Made by a program: the position numbers and the translations under genes
In this document: positions 9,710 through 19,554 of the stretch, piece after piece
How positions within the stretch are numbered: position 1 is the first letter of the stretch
Layout: the number at the start of each line of letters is the position of its first letter
Source of the DNA: an uncultured cyanobacterium
GTDB taxonomy: Bacteria; Cyanobacteriota; Cyanobacteriia; PCC-9006; JAAUQQ01
Assembly (NCBI GenBank): GCA_963718615.1
Contig: OY970368.1
Span: 1,376,001 to 1,440,000, forward strand
Reading direction: 5' to 3'
Length of the DNA: 64,000 bases
Notes under the pieces: generated by a model
The model's input: only the letters and a program-made list of their open reading frames with translations
Database searches by the model: none
Told to the model about the DNA's origin: nothing

Positions 9710-10819
9710 TTAACGTAGATCTTTTAAGAGTTTGTCAATCTCCTCTAGCTTCTCACGGTTGCCCTGGTCTTTGAAGAGGCGGCTGGCGCGTTTGAACGCT
9801 TCAACAGCCTCAGACTTACGCTCCCGCGCCCGCAGGGCAATGCCTAAATCAAAGTAAGCTTCGGCATTTTGCGGATCCTTTTCGAGAATTTGTTTGTAAA
9901 CAATCATGGCCCGTGCGTAGTCCTGCTCCGCCATCAGCATCTTGCCAATGCGGGACTGGGCCTCTAAAAAATCTGGCTGGAGCGTCACGGCCCGCCGATA
10001 GGCTTCAAAGGCTTTTGGGTCATTGCCCATGGTCCGATAGACTTCGCCCAGTCGGTAGAAAATCTGGGCATTATTCCGGTCAATATTGGCCGCTTTTTCC
10101 AGGGCCGCCACGCCTTCATTGGGACGGTTGAGGCCGAGGTAGGCGATCGCCTTGCTCAACTGAATTTTGCCATTGCTGGGGGCAAACCCTTCGGCGGATT
10201 GGATGTAGGGCAGGGCCTCGCTATATTTGCGTTGCTCAATCAAAATTGCCCCGATCGCCTCATAGGGTCGCCAATCGCGGGGCTGCAGCGATTTAAGCTG
10301 TTCGTAGGCGGCGATCGCTTCTCCATAGCGCTTCTGCCGCTGGAGCAACGTTCCTAGGCCATAATAGGCTTCGTATTTTTTGCTGTCGTACTGGACAACC
10401 TGACGGTAGGCGCGGGTGGCACCGTCGTATTCTCCGAGCTTGCCGAGGGCGTAGGCCAGACCGTAGTAAAAATCGGAATTCTTGTTATCGAGAGCAATAG
10501 CCTGCTGGAACGCCGTGGCGGAGGCACGAAAGTCCCCTTTCTGGGCCTGGGCATAGCCGAGGGCGGAGTAAATACGGGGGTTTTCCCGGTCGTAGGCGAT
10601 CGCCTGCTGATAGGATTCGGCAGCCTTTTGGTAGTTCTGGCTCTTAATGGCATCCTTGGCACTGTCTAGCAGTTGATTCAGGAGAACATCTGTATCCTCA
10701 GGCTGCACGCCGGGATCAATTTGAACTCGAATCGGTTGGGCCTGGGCGGCAGCGGCACCGATCACGGGGGCAGCTAAAGCCAACAGGAGGGTCGCAAATA
10801 GAACAGTAGAACGAAACAC
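9710..10819 (-). CDS. Exported tetratricopeptide repeat protein
   Basis: Signal peptide (AQA) followed by about nine 34-aa TPRs (YxxLG..A...A..Y..A...DP). Confidence 0.9.
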   Translation of the reverse strand: MFRSTVLFATLLLALAAPVIGAAAAQAQPIRVQIDPGVQPEDTDVLLNQLLDSAKDAIKSQNYQKAAESYQQAIAYDRENPRIYSALGYAQAQKGDFRASATAFQQAIALDNKNSDFYYGLAYALGKLGEYDGATRAYRQVVQYDSKKYEAYYGLGTLLQRQKRYGEAIAAYEQLKSLQPRDWRPYEAIGAILIEQRKYSEALPYIQSAEGFAPSNGKIQLSKAIAYLGLNRPNEGVAALEKAANIDRNNAQIFYRLGEVYRTMGNDPKAFEAYRRAVTLQPDFLEAQSRIGKMLMAEQDYARAMIVYKQILEKDPQNAEAYFDLGIALRARERKSEAVEAFKRASRLFKDQGNREKLEEIDKLLKDLR

Positions 10820-10909
10820 AGTGATAACCCACTCCCAAGGAGAAGAGAAAAAGGGCGAACCCGGTAAAAACCTCTGTGATCAAGGCTTTTGGCCTGGGGT
10901 CTTGGACCA

Positions 10910-10934
10910 AGCTCTTGGACCAAACTCTTGGACC
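10910..10934. repeat. 13-bp tandem repeat (TCTTGGACCAARC)
   Basis: tcttggaccaagc-tcttggaccaaac-tcttggacc upstream of the TPR gene; coordinates approximate. Confidence 0.7.
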
Positions 10935-11089
10935 TGCGCGATCGCTTTTAAGTTCCATGGCTCCCCTCGGGGTATCCGGAAACTCAAAGATCCAAATGAC
11001 GAATTCCAATGCAAGGGACCCTCATTCTACAAGCTGTAAGTCCAGATCAACGCGTAGTATGCTGAAAGAAATTCGATTCCTAGGCCAGG

Positions 11090-11416
11090 ATGATTACAAC
11101 CACGACGGATTTTCTTCAGGGCTACGAAATCACGCAGTATCTCGGCCCGGTGACGGCAGAAGTTGTCTATGGAACCAATGCTCTGCGTGATTTTATGGCA
11201 GGGCTGCGGGATGTCTTTGGCGGGCGCACCGGTAGCTATGAACGGGTATTTGAAAAGGGCCAGCAGGAGGCCATTCGAGAGCTGGAGGATCGCGCCCAGC
11301 GGCTGGGGGCCAATGCGGTGGTTGGTATGCGATTGAATACGGATTCGATCAATATCGACAATGAAGGCGTTTTGTTTCTGATTACCGCCACGGGCACCGC
11401 TGTCACGTTACGCTAA
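11090..11416 (+). CDS. YbjQ/UPF0145 family protein
   Basis: ITTTT..G.EI..YLG.V, RDFMAGLRDVFGGRTGSYE, LGANAVVG, ATGTAV. Confidence 0.92.
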   Translation: MITTTTDFLQGYEITQYLGPVTAEVVYGTNALRDFMAGLRDVFGGRTGSYERVFEKGQQEAIRELEDRAQRLGANAVVGMRLNTDSINIDNEGVLFLITATGTAVTLR

Positions 11417-11434
11417 GCCAATGGGAGACAACTG

Positions 11435-12856
11435 GTGGGGTTAATTTTTAGCTTGTTGCTGGGGCTACTGGTGGGATTGCTGCTGGGGGCGATCGCCACC
11501 GCCCAACTCCTCAAAGCCCGTGAACAAACAAGGATTGAAAAGAACAAAGCCGATCTGGCTGCCGAACGAGCTACAACCCTAGAACGGTTGCAGCAACAGG
11601 ACCAACAAGCCCAACGGCTCAATGCCACCCTCCAAGAAAAACAGTTGCGGATTGAACAGGTGCAAACCGATAATACTGCTCTTAAAGCCCAAGTAGCGGC
11701 CCTTGAAGCTTACCTAGGGGAAACCCAAAAACATGCTGCCGAGAAGTTAGCGCTGTTGGAAGACGCCCAAACCCGGTTGTCGGAAACCTTTAAGCTGCTG
11801 TCTGCGGAGGCTTTGGACCGGAGCAATCAGTCGTTTTTGGCGATCGCCAAGAGCACCCTCACCCAATTTCAAGACCGCGCCCAGCAGGATCTGGGCTATC
11901 GCCAGGAGGCGATCGAAACCCTCGTGCGTCCCCTCGCGGTCTCCCTGGAAAAGGTCGGTCATAAGCTCCATGAAATCGAAACCGCTCGGGTATCGGCCTA
12001 TGCCAGTTTGACGGAGCAGGTCAAGTCTCTAGCGGTGACTCAGTCGCAATTGCAACAGGAAACGGGGAATTTGGTTAAAGCCTTGCGATCGCCCACCGTG
12101 CGCGGTCGCTGGGGAGAAATTCAGCTCCAGCGGGTTGTCGAAATTGCCGGAATGGTGGAATATTGCGACTTTGTTCAGCAGGCCACCGCCACGACGGACC
12201 AAGGGCGATTGCGTCCGGATATGGTGATTCAGTTGCCCAATCGCAAAAACATCGTCGTGGATTCTAAGGTCCCCCTACAGGCCTATTTGGAAGCCTTGGA
12301 AGCCCCCGATGAAACCAGCCGCAAACGCCAGCTCCAAGCCCATGCTAAACAGGTGCGGAACCATTTGGTGCAACTGGGCGCAAAATCCTATTGGGAGCAA
12401 TTCCAGCCCTCGCCGGAGTTTGTGGTGCTGTTTTTGCCGGGGGAAACGTTTTTTAGCGCGGCCTTAGAGCAGGACCCAAGTCTGATCGAGTTTGGGGTCA
12501 ATCAAAGCGTGATTCTGGCGACGCCAACAACACTAATTGCCCTGCTCAAAGCCGTCGCCTACGGCTGGCGACAGGAGCAAATGGCCGAAAATACGCAAAT
12601 GGTGCAGGATTTAGGCCAGGAACTCTACGATCGCACTCGCACCTTTGTCGGCCATTTTGTGAAGCTCCGCCGCAATTTGAATACCACCGTCGATTCGTTT
12701 AACAAAGCCGTGGGCTCCCTAGAATCCAGGGTCTTGGTCACGGCCCGGAAGCTCAAAGAAACCGGAGCCGCGACGGGCGAAGCGCTAGAAACGGTCGAGG
12801 GCATCGATCTCGTACCACGAGCCTTACAAACGGAGGAGACCGAGGAGGCGTCTTAA
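11435..12856 (+). CDS. rmuC: DNA recombination protein RmuC
   Basis: N-terminal TM helix, coiled coil, RGRWGEIQL, RPDMVIQLP..IVVDSKVP, EFVVLFLPGE, ATPTTL. Confidence 0.93.
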   Translation: MGLIFSLLLGLLVGLLLGAIATAQLLKAREQTRIEKNKADLAAERATTLERLQQQDQQAQRLNATLQEKQLRIEQVQTDNTALKAQVAALEAYLGETQKHAAEKLALLEDAQTRLSETFKLLSAEALDRSNQSFLAIAKSTLTQFQDRAQQDLGYRQEAIETLVRPLAVSLEKVGHKLHEIETARVSAYASLTEQVKSLAVTQSQLQQETGNLVKALRSPTVRGRWGEIQLQRVVEIAGMVEYCDFVQQATATTDQGRLRPDMVIQLPNRKNIVVDSKVPLQAYLEALEAPDETSRKRQLQAHAKQVRNHLVQLGAKSYWEQFQPSPEFVVLFLPGETFFSAALEQDPSLIEFGVNQSVILATPTTLIALLKAVAYGWRQEQMAENTQMVQDLGQELYDRTRTFVGHFVKLRRNLNTTVDSFNKAVGSLESRVLVTARKLKETGAATGEALETVEGIDLVPRALQTEETEEAS

Positions 12857-13782
12857 CCCAGCTTGCATTGGGCCTTGCCCCCTTGCTCAATCCAGCCGTG
12901 AATTAACCCCGAAGTAGACTGAGCCGCCCCGCAACGTCCTGCGCCATCAATGACAATCACGCCCCCATCCCCCTGGACCTTGGCCACGAGATAATCAACC
13001 CCGGCCTGGGCTGCCGCTGCTGCATCCATTCCTTTGAAGAGCACAAAATCAGAGATGGTTTTGGCAAAAACCGTCCGCAAAAACTGCTCCCCATACCCCG
13101 TCGCCGAGACTGCGCAGGTGTCATTGTCCGCAAACACCCCCGCCCCCACGATGGGCGTATCGCCCACCCGGCCCCAACGTTTGTTCACCAATCCCCCCGT
13201 CGAAGTTGCAGCAGCCAAATTGCCCTGGAGATCGCGGGCAACGGCCCCAACAGTCCCCAGCTTTTGGGCGGGTTTGACGCGCTCATAGTCAAGGGTAATG
13301 CGACCTGCGGCTTGGGCGGCTTGGAGCTGCTGAATGCGAGCTTCCGTGACAAAATAGTCGTCCGGGCACAGCTCCGCTTGACAAAACTTGGCAAATTCCA
13401 AGGCCCCTTCCCCGGCCAACAACACATGGTCTCCCTGCTCTAGCACTTGACGGGCGAGGGCGATGGGATTTTTGACCTGTTTTACACAGGTGACACCTCC
13501 CGCCTTGAGGTCGCTGCCGTTCATCAGCGCCGCATCCATTTCAACCTGGCCCTGGGCATTGAGGACAGACCCCCGTCCGGCATTGTAGAACGGCTCGTTT
13601 TCCAGCAGGACCACGCAATACTCCACCACATCCAGCGCACTGTCTCCGGCCTCAAGTCGCTGGCGGCCTTGTTCCAGAATGGTGATGACGCTGTGGTGAA
13701 AATCGGCCTCGCTGGCTTCAGCCTTCATATCCTCTAGGGCACCTGCCCCACCGTGGATCATTAATGAATAGGAATCAGACAT
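12853..13782 (-). CDS. iaaA: Isoaspartyl peptidase / plant-type L-asparaginase (Ntn hydrolase)
   Basis: IHGGAG, YNAGRGS, EMDAALM, G|TVGAVA autocleavage site, ATSTGG, GRVGDTP, SATGYGE. Confidence 0.93.
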   Translation of the reverse strand: MSDSYSLMIHGGAGALEDMKAEASEADFHHSVITILEQGRQRLEAGDSALDVVEYCVVLLENEPFYNAGRGSVLNAQGQVEMDAALMNGSDLKAGGVTCVKQVKNPIALARQVLEQGDHVLLAGEGALEFAKFCQAELCPDDYFVTEARIQQLQAAQAAGRITLDYERVKPAQKLGTVGAVARDLQGNLAAATSTGGLVNKRWGRVGDTPIVGAGVFADNDTCAVSATGYGEQFLRTVFAKTISDFVLFKGMDAAAAAQAGVDYLVAKVQGDGGVIVIDGAGRCGAAQSTSGLIHGWIEQGGKAQCKLG

Positions 13783-13807
13783 GGTTGTAGCGTTTAAGTT
13801 GTAGCGT

Positions 13808-15568
13808 TCAAAGGGATAGATCTTCCCCCGGCACCAGCTCTTCTAGGATCCGGTAGCGAATATGATTAATCGCCAGGTCTCCGAGCGACACGTCCTCCGG
13901 CTTATCCGCTGCTTTCATTTTTTCAAAACTGATTCCCTTACCAATTTCTGTGTGATACCAGGATAGACCCATGAAAAAGCGGGTGGGATAGGGTCCGCGA
14001 TCAATCACGTCATCGACGTTTGACTCCATCGGCAACCAACCGATCCCCGGCACATAAAACTCTAGCCATACATGGTTGAAGTCCGGTTCTAGGGGAATGT
14101 TGCGGCGATCGGGATGGGGCGGACATTTATAGCGTCCAATCGTGCGACAGGCGATGCCATTCAGCCGCGCCAGCGCCAACAACACCCCTACATATTCGCC
14201 ACAGGAGCCCACACCTCGGGCTAGGGCCACATCAGGGGTATCGATTCGGGGCTGGATGCCGTAGGAGAGGCGATCGTAGACATAATTGCGAATCTTCAAC
14301 ATTTTGCGCAGCACGTTGGTTTCCGTTCCGCTGGCAGCCTTGGCGGCTTCTTGAATGGTGCTAGTTTCCATGGCAAGCTCATCGTCGTCGACCAAGTAGC
14401 GCGCCTGAAACTCCGGCGATAGCGGCGGACTATCCTCCACATCCCTTGGGGATAGGTAATATTTGAGACTATACATTTCGACGATCGCCCGCCAGCCAAA
14501 CAGCCCGCCCTGATGGGGTTGAAGCTGATCAAACTTGAACACTGCGACCCGCTGTCCTTCCTGCTCTTCAATCACAAAGGGATGACCAATCGGTTCCACT
14601 TGGCGCACCCGCTGACGCAGCGTATCCGATGGTAAGGCAATCCGCCATTCTACTTGATTGATGGTGACGGCTTCGAGGGGCAGTAGTTCTTCCACGTAAG
14701 ATAGCTCCACCAGATAGCCATTGGAGAGGGTATAGCATTCCTCAGGGTTATGGTAGAGATTCAGCGGGTGGATAAAGGTGCGATCGCGAAAGGTCAACTG
14801 ATAGGGATAGGAACTATTGGGATCATCGCGAATGTAGGGCTCCTCATCGGCATAGGCCACATAGCAAATCGGGGTACTTGAGGCTTTCGGTGTGGTGCGG
14901 CGACCTTTGCCTTTGGGGTCCTTCGGTGTGTAGAAGGCAATACCGACCGGAGAACTAAAGGGGGTCAAGGCACTAAACCGCAGTTGCCCCGTGGCTCGAT
15001 CCAGGCAATAGATCGTTTGTTCGGTGCGATCGCACACCCAAAGCTCCTCCCCCATCACCGTCAGGGTTTCTGGCCCTATACCCGGTTGGGGAAATCGGGT
15101 CACAGCCTTGCCTGTACTGCGTTCAAAGACATGAATATAGCCGGACTTGTTGCAGGAGACATACACCGTGGATTCCCAAATGGCAATGCCATCCACCGGA
15201 TAGGAAAGTCGCGCAAAGAACTGAGGGGGGGGAATCTTCGAGGGGTTAGCCGATGAACGTGCCGATGAAGGTTTCGACGCAACCTGAGGCCATTCGCACC
15301 ACCAGACCTCCTCGCCCTTGGCAAACCAAAGACTCCCTGGACCCACCGCCAATCCCACCGCATCCTGCCAGTCTTCGACCTGATAGGGGTTCAAAATCCT
15401 CGTGTCGTTGGTCGTGGGATCAATGCTGACCAGATACCCTCGAATGCTATCCACGGCCAGCAAGCGATCGCCATCCGTGGCTAAACCAGAGAGTGCATAA
15501 ACACCAATGGGTCGAAGGGTTGTGTGCTGCAGCGACGCATCCGGAAACACACGGTCGGGGTTAGACAT
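13808..15568 (-). CDS. Beta-propeller + transglutaminase-like domain protein
   Basis: N-terminal propeller-type repeats (GLA.DG..L, GIA.W, LWVCD); C-terminal GSCGEY..LARLNGIACR, FNHVWLEFYVPGIGWLPME. Confidence 0.85.
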   Translation of the reverse strand: MSNPDRVFPDASLQHTTLRPIGVYALSGLATDGDRLLAVDSIRGYLVSIDPTTNDTRILNPYQVEDWQDAVGLAVGPGSLWFAKGEEVWWCEWPQVASKPSSARSSANPSKIPPPQFFARLSYPVDGIAIWESTVYVSCNKSGYIHVFERSTGKAVTRFPQPGIGPETLTVMGEELWVCDRTEQTIYCLDRATGQLRFSALTPFSSPVGIAFYTPKDPKGKGRRTTPKASSTPICYVAYADEEPYIRDDPNSSYPYQLTFRDRTFIHPLNLYHNPEECYTLSNGYLVELSYVEELLPLEAVTINQVEWRIALPSDTLRQRVRQVEPIGHPFVIEEQEGQRVAVFKFDQLQPHQGGLFGWRAIVEMYSLKYYLSPRDVEDSPPLSPEFQARYLVDDDELAMETSTIQEAAKAASGTETNVLRKMLKIRNYVYDRLSYGIQPRIDTPDVALARGVGSCGEYVGVLLALARLNGIACRTIGRYKCPPHPDRRNIPLEPDFNHVWLEFYVPGIGWLPMESNVDDVIDRGPYPTRFFMGLSWYHTEIGKGISFEKMKAADKPEDVSLGDLAINHIRYRILEELVPGEDLSL

Positions 15569-15926
15569 CAGGATTAGACGTAGAGTATGCACAACATGAG
15601 AATCACGGACCTGAAATGTTCTTTGGTTTCTGGCCTAGGGTGCGTTTGTTTTTATACGCCAAAGACCTAGAAATGATTTAAAGTTTAGTTAGCTTAGTCT
15701 AAAAAGGGGAGCTAATTCTGCAATAAAAACTACTCGCGCTAAGTTCACGCTTCGGTTCAGACCCTGAGTCTGACTTGCCCTAGCGTAAATCTTTTGCTTT
15801 AATCCCTCCTTTAATCCCCTATGATCGAATAAGTTTCCCATTGCAGCAAGTACCCTACAGGAAGAGATTCAAAACGGACTAATCCTCTAGGATACTGATT
15901 ATTCCAGTGCAAGGATAAAATATTTT

Positions 15927-16160
15927 ATGAGAGTGATTTACGATCCGGAGACCGATATTTTACAGATTTCTTTTCGTGAAGATTCAGTTGAAGAGACGAC
16001 TCAGATTGCGCCGGGACTAATTTTAGATTATGACGAAGACGGCAGCGTTATTGGCGTTGAATTGCGGAAAGCGTCCAAGAGAGTAGATAACCCCTATGGG
16101 ATTTCCTATGAGGTAGGTCAGACTAATGGCGACAAGCCCCAACCCAAAGCTAAGGATTGA
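15927..16160 (+). CDS. DUF2283 family protein
   Basis: YDPETDIL.I, GLILDYDEDG.VIGVEL..ASK. Confidence 0.88.
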   Translation: MRVIYDPETDILQISFREDSVEETTQIAPGLILDYDEDGSVIGVELRKASKRVDNPYGISYEVGQTNGDKPQPKAKD

Positions 16161-16348
16161 GGATTGCTTGCCAATCGAACGGCTTCTACATCAGCGACTA
16201 GTGCTCTGTCAGTGCTAGATTTTCGGGTTAAGACAGATAATTACGTCACAGGGAATAGTAGGAACCCTAATGCCTAGGCTTAACGCTGCACTAACCTGAG
16301 ATCGCCAAGGTGTAGATGGACTTGACGATCTCAAGATGAGCCTCGCTC

Positions 16349-16576
16349 TTAGTCATTCAGCCAAGATTCCTGGCCCACTAGGTCGATCACATGGTCGCGG
16401 AGCAGGTAGTCATGGGCTTCGAGGAGCTGCTCGACGGTTTGCCATTCGCGATCGCTAAAAAACTTACCCAGCTCATAGATCCGATACTGCCGGCCCACGG
16501 TGCCCCGATCGATCAAGGCTCGCACCTCGTCTTGAACATCATGGATGGAATATTGACGTACTTTAGGCATAATCAT
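16349..16576 (-). CDS. DUF4327 family protein
   Basis: YSIHDVQDEVRAL, REW..VE..LE..DYLLRD.VIDL....W.ND. Confidence 0.85.
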   Translation of the reverse strand: MIMPKVRQYSIHDVQDEVRALIDRGTVGRQYRIYELGKFFSDREWQTVEQLLEAHDYLLRDHVIDLVGQESWLND

Positions 16577-17199
16577 GTCCCCGAGAAACGAAGCCGATTT
16601 TTACAAATCGGTGGAATGGATGGCTTGATGCAAGTCAGCCTGAAAGGCCGAGCCATTTCAACAGTAAAAATCTTTAGCAGAGGCAAACACTCAAGTGACC
16701 CAGAGGATTGTGGATGAGCTCTGACGGGGGCCAAACCGAACCTCGGTAGAGCCAAAGACAACTCAATCTCAGTCGCAGCCCATTCGGTAGTGTACAGCAC
16801 AATTATTGTAGAACATTGCTCAAGGAGAAGTACAATCTCATGACAGGGAAATAGTCACGAGTTGATGACATTGTGGTGAGCTCGAAGCGCAGATTCCCCA
16901 TCAAATCCATGACGGGATTGTGCGGTCGGAGCAGGCAAATACGAGGCCAATGGGTCACTCCTGGAAAAGGATTTTTGGGCATTGCCCAGGGTTTCTGTGA
17001 AAGAAGTTGATATTTCTTTGGATAGACTTCATATTTGGTAAATTTATTGGGAAAATTATTGGGAAAGTTTTGGTGATGGGCGATCGCTAATCCCTAGGAA
17101 AAACACCAGCCCATGCGGTATATGTAGAGCCAGATCTGCCTGGCTCAGGAAGGCCATTCAAGGTCGGATTAAATCAGACGGTTAAATGTTAGGTTCAAC

Positions 17200-19314
17200 A
17201 TGACTGACTCAGTGCGAATTTTAATGTGTCCACCCCATCATTACGATGTGGACTACGTAATTAATCCTTGGATGGAAGGAAATATCCATCGCTCATCGCG
17301 GGAGCGGGCGGAGGAGCAGTGGAACAAACTTTACCAAGTCCTAAAGACCTACGCGACGGTGGATTTGGTTGAACCCCAGCCCGGTTGGCCAGATATGGTA
17401 TTTACCGCCAATGCCGGGCTGGTACTGGATAATACGGTGGTACTGAGTCGGTTTTTTCATCCTGAGCGTCAAGGAGAAGAACCCCATTTTCAAAAGTGGT
17501 TTGAAGATCAAGGCTATACCGTTCACACCCTCCCCCAGAGTTTGCCCTTTGAAGGGGCCGGAGATGCATTGCTCGATCGCTCGGGTCGCTGGCTGTGGGC
17601 CGGATATGGTTTTCGCTCGGAGCTAGATTCCCATCCCTATTTGGCCAAATGGCTGGATATGGAAGTCCTATCGCTGCGTTTGGTCGATCAGCGGTTTTAT
17701 CATTTAGATACCTGCTTTTGTCCGTTGACCGAAGGATATTTACTTTACTATCCCCCTGCCTTTGATACCTATTCAAATCATTTAATTGAATTGCGGGTTC
17801 CGGCGGAGAAACGCATTGCCATTGATGAAGTGGATGCAATTAATTTTGCCTGTAATACGGTGAATGTCGATCGCGTTGTAGTGATGAATCAGGCCAGTGA
17901 GAGCTTGAAACAAACCCTGAGCGATCGCGGCTTTACCGTGGTAGAAACGCCCCTGGGTGAGTTTCTTAAGGCGGGGGGGGCTGCCAAGTGTCTGACTCTA
18001 CGGGTAACGGAACCTCGCCAAGCGTCGCCCCAGGTTTCTACGATTCAAACCAGGGTTGTGCAGCTAGAAGGGCATTTGCTCGATTCGGGACTCGTGAACC
18101 GCACCCTCGATACCATTGTTTCCGGTGGCGGCAGTTTCCAGGTGCTGAATTTTAATCTGGGATCACAACGACAGGACCGGTCCACAGCGGAAATCAAAGT
18201 CACGGCTCCCAATGGGGCGGTGATGGCGGACATTATGGGGCAGTTGATTGATCTGGGGGCGGTGAGTTTGGCCGATGCCTCGACCTCGGCATCGGCCTAT
18301 CTGGAAGCCATTACCCAGGCAGGTGTTGCGCCAGACGATTTTTATGTGACGACGATCTATCCCACCGAGGTCTTGATCAACGACCAGTGGATTCGGGTCC
18401 AGGGTCAGCGCATGGATGGGGCGATCGCCATCACCCAATCTGCCGAAGGACCGGTCGCCCGCTGCAAACTCCTACGGGATTTAGAACTCGGGGAAGCGGT
18501 GGTGGTGGGGAGTGAAGGCATCCGCACCCTGCGCAACGAAAGTTCGCTGAAAAAACGCACCCCGGAAGAGTTCAGCTTTATGGGCGCGGGAGTGTCGAGC
18601 GAACGACGGGTGGAGCTGGTGGTGGAACAAATTGCTTGGGATCTGCGCCAGATTCGCGATCGCGGCGGCAAGGTCGTCGTCACCGCTGGGCCGGTGGTCA
18701 TCCATACGGGGGGCAGCGAACACCTCACCCATTTGATTCGGGAGGGCTATGTTCATACTTTGTTGGGGGGCAATGCGATCGCGGTCCACGACATTGAGCA
18801 ATCCCTCATGGGGACTTCCCTGGGCGTGGATATGAAGCGCGGCACTTCGGTCCATGGGGGGCACCGCCACCACCTCAAGGCCATCAACACCATCCGCCGC
18901 TGTGGCAGCATCGCCCAGGCGGTCGAGCAGGGGATTCTGACCAGCGGCGTCATGTACGAATGTGTCAAAAATAACGTACCCTTTTCCCTCGCGGGCTCGA
19001 TCCGCGACGATGGTCCGCTGCCAGATACCAAAATGGACCTCATCGCAGCTCAGACGGAATACTCCCAACTCATTCAGGGAGCAGATCTGATTCTGATGCT
19101 GTCGAGTATGCTCCACTCCATTGGGGTGGGGAACATGACTCCGGCGGGGGTGAAAATGGTCTGTGTGGATATTAATCCGGCGGTGGTGACGAAATTGAGC
19201 GATCGCGGCTCTGTCGAATCCATTGGGGTGGTCACTGATGTGGGCTTGTTCCTGAGCCTGCTGGTGCAGCAGCTCGGCAAATTGACGGGGCAATACGCAA
19301 CAACTCAAGTCTAG
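17200..19314 (+). CDS. argZ: Arginine dihydrolase ArgZ/AgrE (amidinotransferase + LOR/SDH domains)
   Basis: INPWM, PDMVFTAN, FEGAGD, FYHLDTCF, KAGGAAKCLTL; then LEGHLLDSG, FSFMGAGVSSER, GGNAIAVHD, LAGSIRDDGPLPD. 704 aa. Confidence 0.95.
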   Translation: MTDSVRILMCPPHHYDVDYVINPWMEGNIHRSSRERAEEQWNKLYQVLKTYATVDLVEPQPGWPDMVFTANAGLVLDNTVVLSRFFHPERQGEEPHFQKWFEDQGYTVHTLPQSLPFEGAGDALLDRSGRWLWAGYGFRSELDSHPYLAKWLDMEVLSLRLVDQRFYHLDTCFCPLTEGYLLYYPPAFDTYSNHLIELRVPAEKRIAIDEVDAINFACNTVNVDRVVVMNQASESLKQTLSDRGFTVVETPLGEFLKAGGAAKCLTLRVTEPRQASPQVSTIQTRVVQLEGHLLDSGLVNRTLDTIVSGGGSFQVLNFNLGSQRQDRSTAEIKVTAPNGAVMADIMGQLIDLGAVSLADASTSASAYLEAITQAGVAPDDFYVTTIYPTEVLINDQWIRVQGQRMDGAIAITQSAEGPVARCKLLRDLELGEAVVVGSEGIRTLRNESSLKKRTPEEFSFMGAGVSSERRVELVVEQIAWDLRQIRDRGGKVVVTAGPVVIHTGGSEHLTHLIREGYVHTLLGGNAIAVHDIEQSLMGTSLGVDMKRGTSVHGGHRHHLKAINTIRRCGSIAQAVEQGILTSGVMYECVKNNVPFSLAGSIRDDGPLPDTKMDLIAAQTEYSQLIQGADLILMLSSMLHSIGVGNMTPAGVKMVCVDINPAVVTKLSDRGSVESIGVVTDVGLFLSLLVQQLGKLTGQYATTQV

Positions 19315-19335
19315 GACGCTAGACGAACGACAAAG

Positions 19336-19415
19336 GCTCAGGCCAGACACCGGGTGTTTGCGAAAATCCCAAAGCTGTAGCCCAAACCCGACAAAAACAC
19401 CCGGTGTCTCCTCCA
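19336..19415 (+). repeat. ~80-bp palindromic dispersed element, copy 1 (15-bp perfect inverted arms)
   Basis: agacaccgggtgttt (19345-19359) ... aaacacccggtgtct (19395-19409). Confidence 0.85.
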
Positions 19416-19554
19416 AAGAATGGCCCATCGAGTCATAAAAATTAGCGCATGTTCTGGAACGTCTCAGTATTCTCTGTATAAGTAGAAAAGATAATCGATA
19501 CTCAGACAACCTTGCCGGATCCGGAAACCCATAGCGCTCCACCCTCCCAACCTT

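Noticed and set aside
15927-16160. DUF2283 as half of a toxin-antitoxin pair
   Set aside because: No partner toxin ORF is visible upstream or downstream.
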